Source: Tubiluchus corallicola (taxonomy: Eukaryota; Animalia; Priapulida). Taken from it: 64,000 nt of DNA. The notes under the pieces were generated by a model. That model searched no databases and had not been told where the DNA came from. It saw only the letters and a list, made by a program, of their open reading frames with translations. The stretch is taken from assembly GCA_030141605.1 (NCBI GenBank), contig JAQGDQ010000005.1:1736180-1800179 (forward strand). The letters run 5' to 3'. This document shows positions 52,101-61,100 of this stretch, piece by piece. The translations under genes and the position numbers were made by a program. Position 1 is the stretch's first letter, and every line of letters begins with the position of its first letter.

Positions 52101-55100
52101 AGCAGATAAAGATGAGAACGCTGTTTTAGCTGTAATAACAAACTCCGCCATGAATGAATTTGCTACTCAGCTAATTCTAACTGATGGAAAGGAAAAAGAT
52201 TTTTGGCTTGGTTTATCCACAGATGAAAATGGCACACTCATTGATGTTGATGGGAACATGCATTCATTTTCAAATTTTTCATCTGGTGTTATCATCGAGC
52301 CAAATAAATGTGTTTTGATGCATAAAGCTGGAGACTGGACTTTAGAAATGTGTAGTGATTCGAATTATGCCCTTGTAATGCAGTTTTTATTGGATTTTAG
52401 TACACTGGCAACTACAAATTCCGAAATGCCACCAGAAGCTACAACTGCATCAGTAGAAGCCTTCACATCATCTGATATGCAGTCCCTGACAGAGCTACAA
52501 TCACCATATGCAGCGACAGTTTTGACAACTAGCACATTAAGTTCGATAATGACGACACCACTACCTGTTACGGGTGCTCACACTTTATCTGAGACAACAC
52601 AACAAGACGTAGCATCAACACAGCAAGAAGTACCATCAACTGAACAAGAAGTCGTATCAACTCAGCAAGACGTGGCATCAACTCAGCAAGAAGTACCATT
52701 ACCATCAACTGAACAAGAAGTCGCATCAACTCAACAAAACGTGGCATCAACTCAGCAAGAAGTAACATCAACTCAACAAGAAGTAGTGTCTACCCAAGAA
52801 GAAGTAGCATCAACTCAGCAAGAAGTAGCATCTACTCAACAAGACATGGCATCAACTCAACAAGAAGTAGCATCTACTCAACAAGACATGGCATCAACTC
52901 TACAAAAAGTAGCGTCTACTCAGCAATACATGGCATCAACTCAGCAAGAAGTAGCATCTACTCAGCAAGACATGGCATCAACTCAGCAAGCAGCAGTGTC
53001 AACTCAACAAGAAGTAGCATCTACTCAACAAGACATAGTATCAACTCAACAAGAAGTAGCATCTACTCAACAAGACATGGCGTCAACTCAACAAGACATG
53101 TCATCAACTCGAACAGATGTAGTATCAACTCAACAAGACAGAGGATCAACTCAACAAGACGCAACATCAACTCAACAAAATGTGGCATCAACTCAGCAAG
53201 AAATAACATCAACTGAGCAAGAACTAACGTCAGTTAAGCAAAGTGTAGCATCAACTCAAGAAGAAGTAGCATCAACCCAACAGGAGATGGCATCAACTCA
53301 ACAAGAAGTAGTGTCAACTGAACAAGACATGGCATCAACTCAACAAGAAGCAGTGTCAACTCAACAAGAACTGGCATCAACTCAACAAGAAGTAGTTTCT
53401 ACACAACAAGATATGGCATCAACTCAACAAGAAGCAGCATCTTCTCAACAAGACTTCACATCAACTCAACAAGAAGTTGTGTCAACTCAACAAGACATAG
53501 TATTAACTCAGCAAGACATGGCATCAACTCAGCAAGAAGTAACATCAACTCAACAAAAAGTAGCATCTACTCAACAAGACATAGTATCAACTCAACAAGA
53601 AGTAGCGTCAACTCAGCAGAACGTAACATCTACCGTAACTACAGATGTAAAAACTATGCACGTGTCAACAATTACTGCAGTTTCAACAGATAACTTACCA
53701 ACATCTTTTGCTACTTCAGTCACAGAAGCCTCAGACTCTGATGATACAAATCCAAGTCTAATTGATTATTTTGTCAATGGCACTACCAGGTGTGTGACTT
53801 TCACTTCTAAGTATATAAAACTTATGAAAACAGTTGGAGTTGCTATAGTTTTACCCAAGAGTAATTCAGCACACATGTTTATTGACATCACTGTAACAAA
53901 TTTGGATTGTGAAAATGACTCTATGGGTTGCAGTAACTGGCCGTTAGTATCTGCAAATAATGCGTCAATGGTGGATGCTTCGGCTGGAGTCCCGATGGGA
54001 GAGTTTGTTGGATGTAAACTGAATGCAACAATTCATGCCAGTTTAACAGATTCAAGTTGCTTAGTGAAATGCCCTTCTGCAGTGAATGCTGTTTTATGGT
54101 TGCGGCAAAATAGTATTCTACTTAATACATCAAGTGCAATGATTGATGCATGTATTAATGATATTATTACAGACTTTTAAAATCAGTGAAGAAGCAAGAA
54201 TTAATGATAAATGCAATATGACAGACTTTATGTTGTGATTGGAAAATGTTAGAAATTAGTGATCTTTTTGTAGTGGCAATCTGCAATACTGTAATAGTCA
54301 TGTTTCTTTGGCTATTTTCAACTTGAGTGGAATATATCTTTCTCATTTACCTCTTTAACATTTTATTTTGTTTGAATTGAGTTCATATTGGCATTCTGGT
54401 TCATTTCTGTTTAAGGTTGAATTACTATAGTATATTCTTCTGTGATCTTTATTTTGTGATCTATATTTCAAAACATTTTATGCAGTTTGTCATTTTGCAA
54501 GCCGAGATATCCAGCACTCAGTGACCAGGCCTACTTATTATGCAATGATTCTAACAGAACCAGAACCAACCTCATTCTCAAGGATACTTCACTAAGACTT
54601 AGTGCTGCTGAACTTTGGTCACAAAGCATACATTAAAACCACTCAAAGCTATTCCCCTCACTTTCGTTTTTGTTAATTCCTGTTTTTAAAATTTTAGTTG
54701 TAGAAGGTTTTCCTTTTTTTCTACATATTTTATAACTTACTATTTTAGACATGGTGCAGCATCTTTTTCTTCTTATATCAATATTTATTGTACTAAAATG
54801 TGAAACAGAAAGGCAATAAATGGGTTTGCTGCATACAAAATTTTGTTCTGAGTAAATTTGTTTTGTGCAAATGAAGTATAAAAAACACCATACCAGTATC
54901 ATATACACTAAATAGCCAAATAAAACTTGATTAGTTTGAAATGATGTTCATGCCAAACAATTTCATAGGTAAGCTGCAAACTAAAGAAAGCGGTGTGAAT
55001 GGTACTAACTATATGCCTTGTTACTATGTTGTTTGTTGCACTTGTAGACTTACTCATTGATACGAAGTTTATAAATGTATACTACTTCTTTAAATTGTTA

Positions 55101-58100
55101 GTGGTTAACACAGAATGTTGAGCAGTTACTTTAAGATTGCCCAGGCTTTAAGCTGCAGTGTCAGCTGCAGTGGCTCACACCCACTGTAGTTTTATTCCAT
55201 GTTCATAAGTAGTGCAATTTTGCAACCAAATCCAAGATTTAGATTTATTTTAATATCCTTTGTAAAATGTTGAGCATAACAATATAGTTTGCCAGATTTT
55301 CATGCTTCACAATTATCTTAAGACCTATATCATAAGATAATGTGTGTTTGTGTGTATTGTTGTTTATTCTATGCTAAGTTATATTTTTGGTTGAACTTTC
55401 TGGGACTCTGAAGTACTCTAAGAATTTGTAATATGCAACACCATTACGTATATTCACAATCTCTGCTTTACCACTGCTAGTGAATTTACTGAGCCTGAAC
55501 ATTAGCGACTATGTTCAATGATATCCTGATTTACCTTGTTTAATTATTGATGTAGGAATAGCAGGAGTGACAGGCAAAAAAGGTAAAGAAATGCACGTTG
55601 AAGCTCGGCAGTCAGAGTATCCAGGAACAAGAATCGTGCGGTATCCGGTGCTTGATAAATATGTCCCTTGGGAGGTAATATGTAAACATAGTAGTGAAGA
55701 GTGTGATTATGTTTAGGATATTTTCTTAGGTTTTTCCAAAGGTTCAGAAGATCTAAATCAATAAGTCAGAAAAAAATAATTACCAGAAAAATTTGGTGTA
55801 TATCAATATTGTTAAAATTTAGATCTCTATGTGCCCACCATTTTCAATGCAAGCTAGACATTTGGGTACGGGGAGACTTGGGCGTCAATAAAACAATGTT
55901 GTACCCATTTTTTTATTTTTTAGTGATTCACTTTTTTAAATTCCAACTCTAACAATATTTTTTAAGATCGCATCACAAAATTAAACTTATTAAAAACATG
56001 TGCAGTAAATATTATGTGACATGTAATTATTAATTGTTTTTAAATCTTGTCAAATCAAATGGCTGTGCAGGTTCTTGTTTTCCACTTTTAGTTTTACCTA
56101 TAATGTTAAAATGAGTGAAGCAGAAGAAGACACCTCAAGTTTAGATTAACATTTCATTAAAATACGACAGTATTTCATTTCAAAAATTATCTAGTACATC
56201 ACAAAAATAGTAAATAATGGAAATGTGAGTTACAAGAATTATTCATGCAAAATTTAGTGTCAGAACGATTAGTGTAGCAATTCAGCTAGTATTATATCAC
56301 AATATTATTCTCACTGAGTGCTTTGGAAGCTTTAGACTAGTCACAATGTAAAATGCATTGCATAGTTGTTTACATGCTAGCTGCAAACTCCAAAACTGCC
56401 AGGTCGAGTCAAGTAATGTGACTATGATTATTAATATAAAAATTAAGACTAATTATTATAAACTTTTTATGTATCTCTTGCGAAGTGCACGATAATTATG
56501 CATTCAGCAACAGTGTTTTTACACATGTTAAATTAATTAATTAATTATAGTTATTTAGAGCTTTACTTTCCCTGATCGTATTCATGAAAATAATTGTTAA
56601 ATTTTTCTGCCATAAAAACTGGGTGTTTTAAAAGTTATCTGGTGACTGTGGGACGAGGATTCCCATAATTTTAACTTGCTGTAATTTATGGTGCAGCACA
56701 GAAATACAATGTATACTTGTGTGAACATGTACATGTAACAGTGTAGTAAGCAGTATGTGTCGGCACTGGCACCCAAATCAGCCAGGTCTCAAGTGTCTGG
56801 TCCCTGGAATCTGTAAAAATTTCTTTTATTTATGCTACATTAGTATCATACAACCGGTTGTTTTAATTGCAATGCAAGAATGACATAGACCAGAAGGCAT
56901 TCAAAACCTATCAGAAGTTTTAAATGATACGTTATTAAAAAAAATAAATCTGTTATTTAGCAGAATAATGTTAAATATGTTGTTACGTTTGTTTTTTATA
57001 CTTTCAGAAATCATATTCACTGTACGACCCAGCAGTTTATTCTGAAAGTGCAAACTTGTTTCCGAACCACATCCGCAAGCTAGTTGATCGAGACATTGTT
57101 AAGTAAGTTTCAATTAAGTAATATCTTTTGTAATTCATTCACACAAGGGTCACTAAAGTGATAATTTTTACTAAACTACTTTTTGTACAGGATATATCAA
57201 ATGAGGTCACAACGTGCAGTTGAGGTACAACATATAATAGATAGAGATAATCTTGATTCTCCCACTGACGAAGAAGAGGTAACAACTGATAGTGTCACAC
57301 CAGTTCAAAGGGTAATAACATCCATGGTACAATTTAAATTTGCACAGATTTATATTGTATTCATTTTGTTTTAAATTAAATACTAGTTTAATGTTGCTTA
57401 ATAAGAATTTATTCTGAAAAGCCTTTGAATTACAGTAATCATTAGTATAAATTGCTTTGTTAACTTTGCCAATTCCTTAGAACTTGATGCATTATGAGCC
57501 ATTGCACTTTATAGCCAACTCTTGCTTCAGAGTTACTTTCCTGCTATGCGATTGTGCAATAATCAAATATGAGAAAGTTACTTGTGGTTGTATTGTAAAT
57601 TGGAATAGCTGTACAAATTAAGATATCAGTTCATCAGTTATATCATATATCATATATACCATATCATTTAAGATAGTCATAAGTAACAATGCATAGGCCT
57701 TCGTCAGCCACCTGACCTTATATTAATAACGAATATTGCAAACAAATAACAAATTGCATTTATTATTGCGTGGTGAAAGCCATGAACATACTTTATAGTT
57801 TATTAAAATTCTGCAACTGATTTAATTAAAAAAATTCAGGATGTGGCAATACCTTGGAACTCATATCAGACTGTGATTGTGGATGGTATGAAGAAAACAA
57901 TCGATAGAACTTCATGGATTAGAACTGATAGTGGAAGCCTGAAGTATAAGGTTGATTCTATAGGACTACCAATGTGAGTAATAAATGCAAGTTTAAATAC
58001 ACTAATTAAAGCCTTCGAAAAAGTCTATGAGCAATTCACGTTTTTGTTGTAATCTAGTGTAAATGTACTTGAATGAAAGCTGATACGATTTGGCTAGTTC

Positions 58101-61100
58101 TTTGTTAGTCTTAAAAAATGTAGTATTTCAATATCAGACTATGTGAACAGTAGATAAAATTTCTTTAATGGGAGAGCAGAATTAAAAAAGATGTCCAATT
58201 GCCATTGTAAAGTTGTGGCAAATGTGCATATTTTTTTGGGGTAGACTCGTTTCTCAGAAAAGTTTCTAAACAGAACATTTTTCCCTGACAAAAAACTTCA
58301 CAGAAAACTTTTTTGCTAGAAAAATTTACTTCCCAGAAAAAACTTCCCCAATAGCCATTTCCCAGAATTTTTTCCCAGAAAATGTAACGAATCTTTTTTA
58401 TTTAAGCACAGTTAGGATGGTGCAGAATAAAAAGTAGTTTATTTTAACTATGTGTCTTGATTAATACAGAAAATATGATAAAAAATAGAAAGTAGATTTG
58501 TAACGTCAGAATAATTAGGTAGCATCTTTACAATATATACGCAAATGTGTGTAATCACTTAGTATGATTGGCTACTGAAGCGAAACAATGTCGTGCTTGG
58601 CAACTGACTAGTTGGATCACTGCTTTGGACAATTCCTTTCATTGCTATGCAGAATTATTTTGCTGATTTAGGGAGCATGTACGTGCATCAGACTGTGACT
58701 GTGACACCGCTGCCTGTTCAACATTTCATGTCAGAGAATTATTTTAGAAATGAACTAGAGATCCAATCGTGTCATAAAAGAACCTGTAAAAATCTTCTGA
58801 AGGAGCATTAGGCAAATTTAGACTTCAACATAAGGCTCGGTGTTTTCATTTTCTAGATTGTTTTTCTAAAATGTTTCAAATTCTTTGAAAATCAATTAAA
58901 TTTGAGGTGATTATGTGGCAAATGATACAATGCAAATTGATTCTAATTCAATGTTAAAATGAGCTGCACTGCATGAGAAAAATACCAACACGAGTTAAGC
59001 GCGCTAAAAATACGCTACATACTGACAAAAGCTGGAATTGGTAAAATTATACTGAAAGATAATTTAAAAATTTAATATTATTTTAAAGAAAAGTTGTGTC
59101 TTGATTTATTTTCTTATAAGCTGATGCTTTTGTCATACATTTTGTGTTTAAGTTACTAGAATGGGCACAAAAACATCTATTATTTTAATAATTATTCATT
59201 GTGTACTTTTTGTTAGAAATCCTCTTGGTAGAACAGGGATACAAGGACGTGGTGTACTATGTTACTGGGGTCCAAATCATCGCGTTGACATGGTTATAGC
59301 TAGGTATATTTGACTTACATTTATGCTACTTTGTACTTGTTTTTGCTTTCTGTAGATGAAAATCTGCACTTCTGCTTTCGATTGCCCATCTTTTCTGTAA
59401 TAATAGTGTGACACAGTATGTACTATCTGCGCATTATTGAAAATAATGAGGTACTCTGCATTTGTTTTCTGAATATGTCTCTGTACCGACATGTTACACG
59501 TTGTCGATGTCAAACCTTAAGCACAGTAGGCACTGTTCATTTATACTGACTGTTAATAGAATCAGTCTGCTTACCTATTCAAAAACATCTGGTACAGGCC
59601 GCTCCTATTCAAATGTACATAAAACCTGCCGGCAATTGATTCAATTATCTCCACATAATTGACATAATATTTTTGCTTCATGTGCTTAAAATAACACTTT
59701 TTGCGACGAAAGAGCTTTTACCTTTTTGTCATCTTTACTTCACTTTTGTGCACTATAATATACGTAGAAACAATCGTGTTAAATACTGTTTTCCTTGTAA
59801 GCAGGTACATTTATCATGCTCTAATATGCTAGTGCAACGTTTTTTACTTTGATTGTGTCATCCGCTGCAATTAACCTCAATGTTACTGGAAGGCTGAAAG
59901 CTAAACATTTAACCACTGCCTAGCGGTTTGCTTTTGAAACTCTCACTGCTTTTCACAGGGGCACCACCAGCTACTTATCACAGGGGACATGGAAACAGGG
60001 GTATCACCAACTGCAGCTCAAGCACCTCAAGCACTGTGCATTTTGCATATACGTGTGTAGCATACAGCACACAGCTAAGCTGGAATTGCTGTATCCAGCA
60101 ACAAATTATCAACATTTTTATCAGCCTGAGAACTTTGTAATCCAACTTTTTTGTGAAAATGAGAAAGCAACCGACCTTGCATAAATTTTTGGAATTTTTT
60201 GTTTTGCTAAACAAATTTGTGCAATCTAATATTATTTTCTTTTTTTGTTACTTCACTTATATAAATTAGTATTCTTAAAATTTCATTTAGGAATTTGGAC
60301 ATTAATTCATTTCTAAAATTTATTTAAAGCCTTTGCAGTGCATACTAAACTGATGAGTCATGACTCATATTTCTATACTAGTGATACTACACCCGTGAGT
60401 TAATAGATTCAGCCAGTTAATTGGGTCAAGACACTTTCACCCCAAAGTGAGTCTATTAAGCGGTGCTTACTGTATTTTCCATTCATGCCTTGTTTTACAA
60501 TTGACATTCAAATTTGCTTATGCACTTCATTTACGATGTATGAAAGCTACTAGTAACAATATGTTATTGGACGGTGCTGCCATCTGCGTAATGTGTTGGC
60601 AATCATTGTTACTCACTAAGCTTTCGCTGTGAATGAAACACATAGATGCTGGCCAGATGCCGTTATACACATTTACGAGAATCTGTTAGGGAATTTGTGT
60701 GGGAGGTTATGTCAAAATCTGCTAAGTTAGTCTGACCAATGCTACACTTAATTAATTTTACGGATTAAATTCGAGTTTTATTCAAAGTTACGTTTGCCTT
60801 ATTGTCTGTGTTAAATGAATTATGAATCATGCCAGCATGTTCCGAGCAGCAAGCCACTACAACTAGATTTAATAGTTTCTTTTTTAAGTTTTTTAAAGCA
60901 TTCGTGAAAACCTGTTCGATAACATAATTCTCAATTCTGTCAAGGATTAGCTACTTATACTAAGTGTATAGAGTAGTTTTCCTAAAATATGAATTTGTTG
61001 CCACAGCAAAAGTTTGAAATTGTTGAACCTTGTTTTATTTTTAGGTGGAGAACTCAAAAGAAATCTGGTGGAAATGTTGAACAAGTTTTTCTTGATGGCA

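Noticed and set aside
52590-53632. Regular repeat array as a CRISPR-like locus
   Set aside because: Contiguous 21-bp coding units without unique spacers; eukaryotic context and no cas genes.
51918-54180. Lectin-repeat exon as an in-frame alternative C-terminus of the channel
   Set aside because: Phase mismatch with the preceding host donor, and the guest has its own ATG and signal-peptide exon. An extracellular domain on a cytosolic tail is also topologically implausible.
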